This document shows positions 20,287-30,226 of a stretch of DNA of 64,000 bases, piece by piece. The stretch spans positions 32,001 through 96,000 of IMG/VR virus record IMGVR_UViG_3300045974_000760; one strand, 5' to 3'. The position numbers and the translations under genes were made by a program. Positions within the stretch are counted from its first letter, which is position 1. Each line of letters opens with the position of its first letter. The DNA is from a virus. The notes under the pieces are model-generated. The model did not search any database and was not told the origin of the DNA. It saw only the letters and a program-made list of their open reading frames with translations.

Positions 20287-23200
20287 TGAGCGGAATCGGC
20301 AATCGACTACGGCTACGGTTGTTCATCGAAGGTGTTGAGGTCCCGCTCATCGCGGCCAACATCCAGTGCAACCCCAACAGCCCCATCATGTGCAGTCTTC
20401 AAGTCCCCCCACTTGAAGAAGGCACCAAGCTGAAGGAGTGCTCGCTCGTCCACGTCTTCTTCTTCGACTACGCCGAAGCCTCCAGCGGCCTCGTCTCCTT
20501 CCGGGGTGACCAGGCCGCAGCGCACGCGCAGAACGACCCCACCGCCTACGAGCAGACCAAGCAGCGGCGGGAAGCAAACAACAACGGGGATAACACTCCG
20601 TCGGCTGAGGACTACGCCACCGAGCTTCGCAACGAGCGCTTCAAGCTCTTGTTCGTCGGGGAGATTGTGGGCTTCCAGTGGACGAAGTCCCCCACGTCTC
20701 GCTCGCTCGTTCTGCAGTGCATGGACCTGTCGAACTACTGGGACCGCGCCTATCAGTTCTCGAACGGGGACTTGTTCGGGCCCGGGTACAAGGCGCTCTT
20801 CTCAGGCGGGGCAACGAACCTCTTCACCGACTTCTTCGAAGAGAAGGGCGGGGCAGTACTTCGCATCCTCAATACCTCGTCCACCAACTACCCTGGCATC
20901 AAGGGTCTGCCGGGCGGCCTCATCCACCTCATCGAGGCAATCGGCGGTTCGTACTACAAGAGTGAGAACCCCGGCTCGAAGGGTCAGCGGGATGTGTACG
21001 CGGGCCAGAATATCTTCTTCTCCCTCACCGAGCTTCGCTTGCACATCACCCAGATGGTGCACGCGTACCAGAAGGATGACACCGCCTACAAGCTGATGGG
21101 GCCTTCGTGGGATTCGCTATTCGGCCGTACTATCGGCGGTCTCGGCGAACAGGTCTCCATCCGTCAGGCCATCAATGCGGTTGCGGGCCTCATCTTCTAC
21201 GAGACCTACTCTATCCCGACGCCTCGGTATGTCCCCGGCCTCGAGGGGAGTATCAGTGGGTATGTGAGGAGGCGCGCCAAGGAGGACCCGAAGGGGAAGG
21301 TCATCGTATCCTCCTGCGAAGATGTGGCTACTGGATTGAAGCTGGCGGTGACGGAGCTGAACTACGTGCAGAGCTCTGCGGGCGTTGCGGATAACGCGGT
21401 GGCGCAGGACCAGTCCATCTTCACGGCGGTGAAGAATCGCGCGCAGGACGTCCGCACCTTCAAGAGCAATCTCGGCGGCCAGCTGCAGAAGACGACGGAG
21501 TTGCTGGGGAAGATCATCCGCTCGTGCCGCGAGCAACGAATGGACTCCCTGACGGGGCCGATTACCGTTGCCCGCACGGCACTGGCGAAAGCCATCACTG
21601 CGACCCGCAACAAGACGTGGACGGCCAGCAAGGATAGCGTCGCCACGCAGACGGTGATTGAGAACCTCGGGGCAGCCTCCGCGGCATTGGATTCACTGGG
21701 TAACATCGAGGTGGCATACACGGCGCCGAAGGATGCTCGACCTGCCAAGCTCATACAGCAGATCTTCCGTCCGGACGTGTGGTTCAGCGCACCGCCGATG
21801 TGCAACATCATCTTCCCGGACCAGTACTCGCAGATGACGTACTCGAGGAACTTCCTCGAGGAGCCGACGCGCCTACTGCTCAAGACGCACGACGAGTTCT
21901 TCGGTGAGGATGAGCTCTTTGACAACTTCTACTTCGCGCCGAAGAGTCCGACGACCGGCTCGAAGGAGCGTGCGCAGCTTCAAAAGCTATTGGCCGGTGA
22001 CATTCTTGCGCACGAGATCTACGTGGGCATCCTGCCGGTGTTCGAGAAGATGGGGGAGTTCAACATCTTCGCGGTGAGGGACGGCAAGAGCAAGGGTAAG
22101 CAGCCGAAGATTGGGCTTGCGCAGCGCAGCACGAACTTCCTCTACTTCCGCCATCGGTTCGCGAACAGGCAGATGCAAATCTCTTCCCTGTTCGACCCGT
22201 TCATTGTCCCCGGCTTCCCCTGTCTCGTGATTGACCGCCCTTCTGACTACGCGACGGTGAACAACTACTGGCAGTACGTGCAGAACGTGGGTAAGCCCAA
22301 CACCGAGCTCAACGCCACGCTGGGCACGCACTTCCTCGGCAATGTCGCGATGCTCTCGCACACGCTCTCGCAGCAGTCCGGGACGACGGACATCGTCTGC
22401 GGGTACGCGAGGCAGTGGGAGGAGAAGATCGAGTTCCTCGACTCCATTGACCCGGAGAAGGACCAGTTCGTTCAGAAGCGCTACGGCAAGGACGCTCTGC
22501 GCTCTACGGATGTGGCTGCGCTCTCCCCGCCCAAGGTGGGTACGCTGGGCCCGAACTTCGGGCAAATCACCAAGGTCGCGGATGTCACCGACCAGTACAT
22601 CCCCTACCGCCAGTTCGAGACCCTCCTCACCAATCTCAAGCTCGAGAAGGACACGCTCCTCCTGCCCTTCTACAAGGGCCCTCGTCGTTCGGGTATTGGT
22701 GACCTCTCAGCCCGTGTCCCCGTTGGCATCCCCGTCATCCCGAGCTCGCTCGGCGACGACTCACAGAAGGCGCTCGGCGCTACGAGCGATACCCCGCTCA
22801 CCTTCCGTGCGTACCGCGTGGAGGAGGAAGTACCTCGCTACCGCAAGGAGAAGGTGGACCTACCTGCCGAGGAGCAGATTCGTCCGGGCTGGTATGGAGA
22901 CTGCTGGCACACAAGCAAGATCGGCGAGGTGTACCAAGAGTTCTTTCGAACAGGCGCCCTCACCGACCCCCAGCAGGTCGTCGACCCCATGGGCGCCAAC
23001 CAGGGCATCACCTCTGCGGACGCGCCCGATGCACTCGCGATGGCAGCAAACGGGCGGGACCCCACAAGCCCCAACGCTCAAGCCCCCGCCATCTTCGCTC
23101 TCGACAACGACAGCTCCATCGAGCAGTCGGTCGCCTTCTTGCTCATGGTGTACAGCTACATCAAGCAGAACGGGGCTGACATCAAGACCTTCATCGACAG

Positions 23201-23489
23201 CTACAAGCACCGCCCCATTGCTTCCATCCCCGACATGTTCGGGTCTGCCGACCTCGAGTTCTCCCAACCCACAGGGCAGAAGGTTGTGAAGGGCGTTGAG
23301 GGCTTCCACAGCCGCGCGTTCGGTCAGTACAACAACATGTTCGGGCTCGTGACGTCGGACATCGCGAGCATCGTGGGCATCAAGCCCAACAGTACTGCGG
23401 CAACGCGCGGGGACGTACGCAAGGAGAAGCAAGACGCGGTGCTCGCGTACGTCAGCCGCCTGTTCGGCGGGCGTAGTGTGCTCGGCTAA
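20286..23489 (+). CDS. large baseplate-hub-like virion protein (1067 aa)
   Basis: RLFIEGVEVP...LFVGEIVGFQ...LVLQCMD and IVPGFPCLVID...FLGNV..LSH segments resemble hub proteins; position after the tape-measure-like gene. Confidence 0.55.
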   Translation: MSGIGNRLRLRLFIEGVEVPLIAANIQCNPNSPIMCSLQVPPLEEGTKLKECSLVHVFFFDYAEASSGLVSFRGDQAAAHAQNDPTAYEQTKQRREANNNGDNTPSAEDYATELRNERFKLLFVGEIVGFQWTKSPTSRSLVLQCMDLSNYWDRAYQFSNGDLFGPGYKALFSGGATNLFTDFFEEKGGAVLRILNTSSTNYPGIKGLPGGLIHLIEAIGGSYYKSENPGSKGQRDVYAGQNIFFSLTELRLHITQMVHAYQKDDTAYKLMGPSWDSLFGRTIGGLGEQVSIRQAINAVAGLIFYETYSIPTPRYVPGLEGSISGYVRRRAKEDPKGKVIVSSCEDVATGLKLAVTELNYVQSSAGVADNAVAQDQSIFTAVKNRAQDVRTFKSNLGGQLQKTTELLGKIIRSCREQRMDSLTGPITVARTALAKAITATRNKTWTASKDSVATQTVIENLGAASAALDSLGNIEVAYTAPKDARPAKLIQQIFRPDVWFSAPPMCNIIFPDQYSQMTYSRNFLEEPTRLLLKTHDEFFGEDELFDNFYFAPKSPTTGSKERAQLQKLLAGDILAHEIYVGILPVFEKMGEFNIFAVRDGKSKGKQPKIGLAQRSTNFLYFRHRFANRQMQISSLFDPFIVPGFPCLVIDRPSDYATVNNYWQYVQNVGKPNTELNATLGTHFLGNVAMLSHTLSQQSGTTDIVCGYARQWEEKIEFLDSIDPEKDQFVQKRYGKDALRSTDVAALSPPKVGTLGPNFGQITKVADVTDQYIPYRQFETLLTNLKLEKDTLLLPFYKGPRRSGIGDLSARVPVGIPVIPSSLGDDSQKALGATSDTPLTFRAYRVEEEVPRYRKEKVDLPAEEQIRPGWYGDCWHTSKIGEVYQEFFRTGALTDPQQVVDPMGANQGITSADAPDALAMAANGRDPTSPNAQAPAIFALDNDSSIEQSVAFLLMVYSYIKQNGADIKTFIDSYKHRPIASIPDMFGSADLEFSQPTGQKVVKGVEGFHSRAFGQYNNMFGLVTSDIASIVGIKPNSTAATRGDVRKEKQDAVLAYVSRLFGGRSVLG

Positions 23490-23532
23490 CACGTCTTTCT
23501 AGCCCCTTGTTGTCGGTGCTACAGTGGCGCGT

Positions 23533-24048
23533 ATGACCGACTACACCCCCGACTTCGCGACCTGCTTGATGAGCGGGTTCACGGACGAGCTCAGCAAGAT
23601 GGCGGCTGACTTCGCCGCCCTCGGACTCGACGCTGATGACCTGGCGAAGATCGCCAATGTGGCGAACTTCTTGACGAGTGCCTCCAAGGGCTCAGTGGGT
23701 GCCGCCATTGCTCAACGAAATGCGGCGCGCGTATTTGGCGCAGGAATCAATACGGCAGGTGCCGTAGCTCCCGCGGCTGCCGCCGCTAAGATGGTTGGTA
23801 GCGCGGCCCCCGTCAAAGCGGTTGGCGCTAACGTCGGGCGGTCGCTTCCTTCGGTCGCCTCGCCGGCAGCTGCAGCTAAGCCTGGTGGACTGTTCGGCGG
23901 CGCAACCCCCGACTTCAGCGGTGGGATGGCGCGCAAGCCGCCTCCACTCCCGGCGGCAGCTATGCGCCAGCCAACCCCGCCCCCGCTTCCGCCACGCGCA
24001 CAACGCTTCCCACAAGTCGCAACTCCCCAGCAGGCAATGGCTGCCTGA
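23533..24048 (+). CDS. Ala/Pro-rich putative virion-internal protein
   Basis: FTDELSKMA motif; leaderless TGCTACAGT-N7-ATG. Confidence 0.6.
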   Translation: MTDYTPDFATCLMSGFTDELSKMAADFAALGLDADDLAKIANVANFLTSASKGSVGAAIAQRNAARVFGAGINTAGAVAPAAAAAKMVGSAAPVKAVGANVGRSLPSVASPAAAAKPGGLFGGATPDFSGGMARKPPPLPAAAMRQPTPPPLPPRAQRFPQVATPQQAMAA

Positions 24049-25169
24049 TGTCCATCCGTCAACTCGTGAAGCAAGCAAGCGCCGTCCCCAGCAAGCTGCC
24101 CTGGCTTGCACGCGAAACGACGGAGCATATCGGCGACGTCGCAGGCTACGGCCTCATGACCGCGGGCGTTCTCGACGCCATTCGTCAGCGTCACCTCCAG
24201 AGTAAGGCGGTCGCCCCTCCCGCCTCACCGTCTGAAGGCTCCGTTCTCGGCGGGGAGAGGGGTCAGCTCGGCACCGACATCGGCGGTCTTGGCATGATGG
24301 CGGTGCCCACCATTGCCGCCCTTCGCCACGGCAGCCCCAAAGGCTCAGCAGGCGGGGGCAGCAAGACCACCAACCTCATCAACCTCGCCTCCCTCGCAGC
24401 TCTCGCAGCACCAGCAGCGGATAGCCTACAAGCGCGCTTGCGCTCCCAGCCAGGAGAAGACCCTGAACACAAGCATCTCATGTCACACGGGGTACACAAC
24501 GCCCTCGAGCTCGGCGGACTTGCTGGGTTTGGTGTGTCCGCATTGCGCGGTCACGAGGCAGGACACGGCCTTGGTACTGCGTCCACCCTCGCGGGCCTCG
24601 GTACTCTTGCTGCCCCGTACATCGATGATGTGCAGGCCCACGCGCGTACCGCTCATGGCGAAGACCCTCAAGCCAAGCGCCTCTTCACTCCCCAAGCTCG
24701 CAGCATGTCTGAACTCGCAGGCCTCGGCCTCTTGGCGGCGCCTGCGGTGTCGCACTTGATTCCTACGAGCAAGCACGCAGAGAGCACGGAGAAGGTCGCC
24801 ATGTCGCATGCACGCGATGCCCTCTCCCATGTGCTCGACCCCGACCTCGAGAAGGTTGCTGCCTCTCTTGCGGGCTGGTCCATCCCGCAGACACGTTCGG
24901 GCCGCCGTTCGATGTCTGTGATGACGATGCTGAAGAAGGACGCAGAAGGCACTCTTCGAAAGACCGCCAACTGGCTCGGCACCCCACAGAGCAACACCGG
25001 CATCGGTACCCCAGAGACTGGCGCTGAAGCGCGGTCCAAGCGCTACCCCTGGGAGGCGCCTTCTCGAGAAGACGGGTACTCTGACAAGGCCAAGGTCATG
25101 GACCGTCGCAGCGAGTCTGCGGTTGTCCCGCCCCACGGCGTTACACTCACCGACGTCAAGCTCGATTGA
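24048..25169 (+). CDS. Gly/Ala-rich protein with internal repeats
   Basis: Repeated LAAP..D..QA..R...GEDP..K.L....EL.GL unit; EKVA motifs. Confidence 0.65.
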   Translation: MSIRQLVKQASAVPSKLPWLARETTEHIGDVAGYGLMTAGVLDAIRQRHLQSKAVAPPASPSEGSVLGGERGQLGTDIGGLGMMAVPTIAALRHGSPKGSAGGGSKTTNLINLASLAALAAPAADSLQARLRSQPGEDPEHKHLMSHGVHNALELGGLAGFGVSALRGHEAGHGLGTASTLAGLGTLAAPYIDDVQAHARTAHGEDPQAKRLFTPQARSMSELAGLGLLAAPAVSHLIPTSKHAESTEKVAMSHARDALSHVLDPDLEKVAASLAGWSIPQTRSGRRSMSVMTMLKKDAEGTLRKTANWLGTPQSNTGIGTPETGAEARSKRYPWEAPSREDGYSDKAKVMDRRSESAVVPPHGVTLTDVKLD

Positions 25170-25183
25170 AAGGGACCCGCTAC

Positions 25184-25417
25184 ATGGACCTCGACCTACT
25201 CCACCTCGCCTTCGATTACGGTCTGCTCAAGGAGAGCGAAGCCGCCTACACCCCCTCCCCGGATGACGAGCTCGTCGGCGAGCTGCTCAAGAAGTACCCC
25301 AATCTCGCTCATGCTCCCAAGCCCCCCAAGGAGCACAAGCCCATCACCCCCGCAGAACACAAGCACGCTGCTCTTCTCGGCTACCACGACCGGCTGAACC
25401 AGCTTCGCCATGGCTGA
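25184..25417 (+). CDS. hypothetical protein
   Basis: AGGG RBS; coupled to the next gene. Confidence 0.55.
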   Translation: MDLDLLHLAFDYGLLKESEAAYTPSPDDELVGELLKKYPNLAHAPKPPKEHKPITPAEHKHAALLGYHDRLNQLRHG

Positions 25418-26081
25418 GACCTTCTTCGATTGCCTGCGCAAGCTCGCTGCCGCTACCGTCCCCACGGCAGCTGAAGCGCGTGATGCATTGAAGCGCATCA
25501 ACGACCTCGAGGCGACCAAGCCCACTGCAGAGCAGATGCTGCGGTACGGCACGCTGGGCGGTGCTAGCGGCCTCGGTATCGGCGCTGTCACCGATATGAT
25601 GCGCGGCAAGATTCCCTACAAGCCCACCGACGCAGCAGGTGGCCTCCTCAAGGGGCGCGCCGCACTCGTGCACGTGGGCCGCAACGTGGCAGCTGACTTT
25701 GCCAAGGGCGCGCTCGGTGGCGGTGCGGTTCCTCTTCTTCGTCACCACGTGGACCGTGATGTCGAGATGCAGCGCCTCCGTGCCTACGTCGAGTCCCGCC
25801 CCAAGAAGGCGGTTGTCGCGCCCCCGCCTGAAGCACCTCCTCCACCCGTTCCTCAGATGCAACCCAACCTGATGGGCGGGTTGTCAACGGGAGCAGAGGC
25901 TTCTCCATCTCTCGGCGGGATGAAGGTGGCCGGTGTCCCTCTCACACCCGCTGGCCGACTTGCTCACTCATCCCGTATGGGCAAGACGCCGAGCTCTACG
26001 AACTCGGGACCCTCCATCGCAGACCAGGTCAAACCCATCGGGTTTGGGCGACCACTTCCGGGCGCAACAAAAGGTACCTGA
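25410..26081 (+). CDS. putative virion-internal protein
   Basis: FFDCLRKLA and MKVA motifs; glycine-zipper-like segments. Confidence 0.6.
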   Translation: MAETFFDCLRKLAAATVPTAAEARDALKRINDLEATKPTAEQMLRYGTLGGASGLGIGAVTDMMRGKIPYKPTDAAGGLLKGRAALVHVGRNVAADFAKGALGGGAVPLLRHHVDRDVEMQRLRAYVESRPKKAVVAPPPEAPPPPVPQMQPNLMGGLSTGAEASPSLGGMKVAGVPLTPAGRLAHSSRMGKTPSSTNSGPSIADQVKPIGFGRPLPGATKGT

Positions 26082-26107
26082 AATAAGCCCGCGTTGTCGG
26101 GATAAGG

Positions 26108-27121
26108 ATGCTGACCATGCACGACCTCAAAGCGTATAGCGCGCGAATGCGCAAAGTGGCCCAAGCCATGGAAACCCCGACACCGGACTTCGCCCGAGTG
26201 CCACTCTACAAGGACCCCGCGGGTTACTCCCCGCCGGGTGATGGAGACCGCGGGCACAACGAGGGCGCCATCTGGCAAGCCTCGCTCGAAGGACGTGACC
26301 AACAGCTGCGCGCGCTCTTCTCGAATCTCGAGCGGGCAGCGCAAGCAGACCAAGCGCTCTTCGACTTGCTGTTCTCGACGAAGAACCGAAACTCTCGTGC
26401 GGCCACTCTTCGAAAGGTTGCGGCGCATTACGGCGTCAAGACAGCCGACCTGACGGACGCCGACTTGGTGTCTCACATGACGGCGGTCCAGGGCGAGAAA
26501 CCTTTCGTTCACCCCAACATGCTGCGCGCAGGCCTCGAGCGGGAGGCGGCCTCGCACAACATGCCGATCGAGCAGTACATTCAAGCACAGCACCGAGGGC
26601 AGCTTCCCGGGCAGCAGCGTGCCGCAAGCATGCACACGCTCATCACGGACCCAACGGCGCCCATCGCCTCAACGGCCGCGCTCGACGGGCATGCGCCAAT
26701 GCCTCGCCCCGCAACGCTCGGTAAGCCGGTACCGCCCCCGCTCCCAAGTCGACCAGCACCTCCTCCACCCCCCATGTCGCTCTCAAGCAATGCCGGTGGC
26801 GGTACGGCGAAGGTCAACGTAGTGCCCGGTGGCGGCGCACCACTTCCACAGGCATCGATGCCTGCTGGCGTACCTGCGTTCAACGCGCCTGGGCCTGTTC
26901 CAGTCCCGGGGTCCGCCACGGCACGTGGTATGGCCGCTCCGGCAGGTCTCGCGAAGAAGGTGGCGCCTCTCTCGCTCCCAGCCTCGATGGTGGAATCCCG
27001 CGCAGCACGTGCCGCGGCTTCTGCGCCCGGTGCCCTGGCCAGCAAGATTCAACGTATGGCGGGCAAGGTCATTCACGCCTCGCACTACAACACTCTCGCG
27101 GAGCAGTTGGCCGCTCTCTGA
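26108..27121 (+). CDS. Pro/Ala-rich protein with RKVA motifs
   Basis: Downstream of promoter motif 26080-26106; start may be 26117. Confidence 0.6.
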   Translation: MLTMHDLKAYSARMRKVAQAMETPTPDFARVPLYKDPAGYSPPGDGDRGHNEGAIWQASLEGRDQQLRALFSNLERAAQADQALFDLLFSTKNRNSRAATLRKVAAHYGVKTADLTDADLVSHMTAVQGEKPFVHPNMLRAGLEREAASHNMPIEQYIQAQHRGQLPGQQRAASMHTLITDPTAPIASTAALDGHAPMPRPATLGKPVPPPLPSRPAPPPPPMSLSSNAGGGTAKVNVVPGGGAPLPQASMPAGVPAFNAPGPVPVPGSATARGMAAPAGLAKKVAPLSLPASMVESRAARAAASAPGALASKIQRMAGKVIHASHYNTLAEQLAAL

Positions 27122-27133
27122 AAGGAAGCAATC

Positions 27134-27955
27134 ATGACGAAGGAGGAGCTGAAGTTTGGAGCTCCGCCAGCCAAAGCCGGGGCTCAATCCCCGGCTTTGA
27201 CGTATATGGCGGACAAGGCCTCACGCGCTAGCCCGAGCGCACGTACCGAACGTGAGCTGCAGATGTGGCACACGTGGAATGACAGCGGGCGAAAGCCCGA
27301 ACACCTCGAGCCCCTGCTCAAAGCCTACGAGCCCATCTTCTCTCAGAAGGTGCGGCAGTGGTCGGCTGGTGCAGCGGGCGTGAATCCCATGTTCATGCGC
27401 GCGCAGGTCGAGAAGCACTTCATCGACGCCGTGGGGAAGTTCGACCCCAGCCGTGGCTATGCGCTTGCGACTCACGTCGACAAGCCGATGAACAAGGCAC
27501 AGAGGGCGCGCAACACGGTGCAAAACGCGGCCTACGTCTCCGAGGAGACAGCCCGCACTATCGCGCCCATCCAGAACGCCACCGCCGAGCTGCACGCAGA
27601 GCTCGGCCGAATGCCTACCCCGCAAGAGATTGCTACCAGGTCGGGGCTTGGTCTTCGCGTCATCAAGCGACATCAGCTCGAGATTCGCAAAGACGTCGCT
27701 GCCTCGGCGTACGAGAACGACCCCACCGAGAACCCGATGAATCGGGCTCACGATATCGCTCCCCTACTTCGGGAGCAGTTCCAGCAGCCCGGCTTCCAGC
27801 CTCACGTACTACACGTGTTTGACCACACGTTCGGGCTGAATGGAGCTCCGACAGACCTGAGCGGCGGGCAGCTCGCCAAGAAGCTCGGCGTCTCACCCTC
27901 GGCCATCTCTCAAGCGAAGAGCCTCATTCTCGCTGAGACAAAGAAGTACCTGTTA
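27134..27955 (+). CDS. RNA polymerase sigma factor, group-3-like (FliA/SigB/WhiG type), ends at TTA
   Basis: Region 2 AVGKFDPSRGYALATHV, region 3 LGRMPTPQEIA, region 4 LSGGQLAKKLGVSPSAISQ...KKYL followed by TTA. Confidence 0.8.
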
Positions 27956-28033
27956 TACCCACCCGCAGTACATCGAGGCCCGTCACTCATAGCGAGAGGC
28001 GGGCCTCTCTCATTTCCAAAGGCACAACAAGAC

Positions 28034-29020
28034 ATGGCTCACGAACTCGCAATCGACTCCCTCGGCGCGCAAATGTTGTACGCAGGTGAAACGCCTTGGC
28101 ATGGACTGGGCACGAAGATCGAGAAGCACGTCACCAGTCGCGAAGCGTTGGCAATCTGCCGCGCGGACTACGCAGTGAAGTGCGGGCAGCTCTTCACCTC
28201 GAAGTCGGTGCCCGTCAACGCACAGTACATCTACAGGGAGGACGCAGAGGGGGTGCAGACCATCCTGGGGCACCACGTTGGGATGGACTACACGCCGCTG
28301 CAGAACGTGGATGCATTCACGTGGTTTGACCCGTTCCTGGAGAGCGGGATGGCCGCTATCGAAGCGGCGGGCGTACTGCGTGATGGCGCACGTGTGTGGG
28401 TACTGGCTCGCATCGAAGGTGACCCGCTTGAGATCTTGCCGGGGGATGTGGTGGTGAAGCGCTTGCTGCTGAGCAACGACCACAGCGGCATGCAGGCGGC
28501 TCGAGTGGGGCTGACCCCGATTCGCACCATTTGTGCAAACACGCTTGCGATGGCGTACGCGGACAAGAGGTCCCAGCTCTTGCGTGTCAAGCACACGCGT
28601 AACATCAAGGACGCACTCGCGGTGGTGCGGGAGACCATTGACGTGGTGAACAACGAGTTCAAGGCCACGGCGGAGCAGTACCGCCGTCTCACCACGATGG
28701 GTGTGGTGGAGAAGGACATCGAGAAGTACGTGAAGCTGGTGTTCGCTCCCGGCACCGCGCCCGATGCACCGGATGAGCAGCTGGTGGGCAGCTCAGCGGG
28801 CAAGCGTGTGTGGGAGCAGATCAAGCCGCTGCTCGAGGTGGGGCGAGGTGCCTCCATCCCCGGAGTACGCGGTACGATGTGGTCTGCATTCAACGCAGTG
28901 GTTGAGTACGTTGACCACAGCCGTGGACGTAGCCGTGAGTCGCGCCTGGAGTCGCAGTGGTTCAAGGATGGCGCGGCCCTGACCTCCCGCGCGCTCAAGT
29001 TGGCGCTGCAGGCTGCCTGA
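28034..29020 (+). CDS. DUF932 (phage/plasmid-like) protein
   Basis: MAHEL...ETPWHGLG start; LSNDHSG...TPIRTICANTL; GTMWSAFNAVVEYVDH. Confidence 0.85.
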   Translation: MAHELAIDSLGAQMLYAGETPWHGLGTKIEKHVTSREALAICRADYAVKCGQLFTSKSVPVNAQYIYREDAEGVQTILGHHVGMDYTPLQNVDAFTWFDPFLESGMAAIEAAGVLRDGARVWVLARIEGDPLEILPGDVVVKRLLLSNDHSGMQAARVGLTPIRTICANTLAMAYADKRSQLLRVKHTRNIKDALAVVRETIDVVNNEFKATAEQYRRLTTMGVVEKDIEKYVKLVFAPGTAPDAPDEQLVGSSAGKRVWEQIKPLLEVGRGASIPGVRGTMWSAFNAVVEYVDHSRGRSRESRLESQWFKDGAALTSRALKLALQAA

Positions 29021-29618
29021 TGGCTAGCTGCGCGAGATAGCCCTCACACATCTCGCGCAGCACCTCCTCGCCGAAGCGATTCAGGGCGAGGTTCACCACG
29101 ACGCATACCAGTCGTGTGTTGTCTGGCGTGTACCCGCCTCCAGGGATGATTTGGTCGAGAGAGGGCGAGTACGGTTGGTGAAAGCGCTGGCCCGATTCAT
29201 TCACCTCGAAACGCAGTATGATGCCGGTCAGGGCGCAGCAACCAAGTTGCTCGTCGTACCTAGCGAGCAACCACTCCATATCAATAGTGAAGGGCAGCCC
29301 TTTGGCGGTGGCTCGGTCTCGCGCCGCAGTCAAGATAGCGCGTAGGCGCGAGTACGCCTCCTCGGACTGTGCGCGACGGCGGCGCAAATACTCCGTGCGG
29401 TACTTCTGGTACCTCGCGGCGTTCTCCGTTGGGTCGTACCTCTCTTTGCCCTTGTCTTTGTAGTAGTCCGGGTGCTTCTCGCGATAGCGCCCCGAGTAGC
29501 CCTTCATACATTCCTTACAGGTGCCTTGGATACCGTGCTTATTGCTGCTGTCCTTGTAGAACGCCGAGAAATCTTTGGTGATTTGGCACTTGGAGCATTT
29601 GCGCGTTGTAGTCGTCAC
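28995..29618 (-). CDS. HNH-like endonuclease with N-terminal Zn finger
   Basis: CSKC...CKEC; CALTG...SPSLDQI...GYTPDNTRLVCVVVN; solitary opposite-strand gene. Confidence 0.75.
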   Translation of the reverse strand: MTTTTRKCSKCQITKDFSAFYKDSSNKHGIQGTCKECMKGYSGRYREKHPDYYKDKGKERYDPTENAARYQKYRTEYLRRRRAQSEEAYSRLRAILTAARDRATAKGLPFTIDMEWLLARYDEQLGCCALTGIILRFEVNESGQRFHQPYSPSLDQIIPGGGYTPDNTRLVCVVVNLALNRFGEEVLREMCEGYLAQLAIRQPAAPT

Positions 29619-29704
29619 GTAGATAGGGTAGCAGGGCGTTGCGGTATGCACCAACACATGCGCAGTGCTCGCGTACGAGCGAGGAGGCAGGCACACTTCG
29701 AGGC

Positions 29705-29929
29705 ATGGCTGACGCTACTGCACGCAACCAACGCCTCGACTCCTTGAAAGAAAGTACTACCGCCTGGGCTGCACAAGAACGGGCAATCCGACAGAACACC
29801 GTTCTTCGCTGCAAGGCAATCCTCAAAGGTAGAACTGGAAGTGAGCGGCTGGCCTCCTCTCTGTCGGAGGCTACAGCCGCTGCTACCCAGGAAGAAATCG
29901 ACGCCTTCCTATCAATCGGTGGGGAGTAG
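29705..29929 (+). CDS. hypothetical protein
   Basis: ATG start; followed by TTTTCTTAGCCCC. Confidence 0.6.
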   Translation: MADATARNQRLDSLKESTTAWAAQERAIRQNTVLRCKAILKGRTGSERLASSLSEATAAATQEEIDAFLSIGGE

Positions 29930-29965
29930 TTGCTTTTCTTAGCCCCTCGAAGGATATCTACGGCC

Positions 29966-30226
29966 ATGTTCCCGAACATCCAGTCCCCCCTGCAGAACAT
30001 CGAGCTTGATGAGCTCGACAAACTCCGCTCCGAGAACATTCATCTGCGGCTCACCTCCATCACTCTCCGCAAGCAGCAGCTGATGGCAGAGCTGGGGCGG
30101 CTCGGGCAGGAGGAGCTGACCGTGCACAAGGAGCTCTCCGACTTCATCGGGACCGTGCAACGCAAGTACAACGTGACGGATGAAGCGCTTGCCGACGCCC
30201 TTCAGAAGATGGGGCAGAACCAGTGA
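29966..30226 (+). CDS. coiled-coil hypothetical protein
   Basis: Heptad pattern. Confidence 0.6.
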   Translation: MFPNIQSPLQNIELDELDKLRSENIHLRLTSITLRKQQLMAELGRLGQEELTVHKELSDFIGTVQRKYNVTDEALADALQKMGQNQ

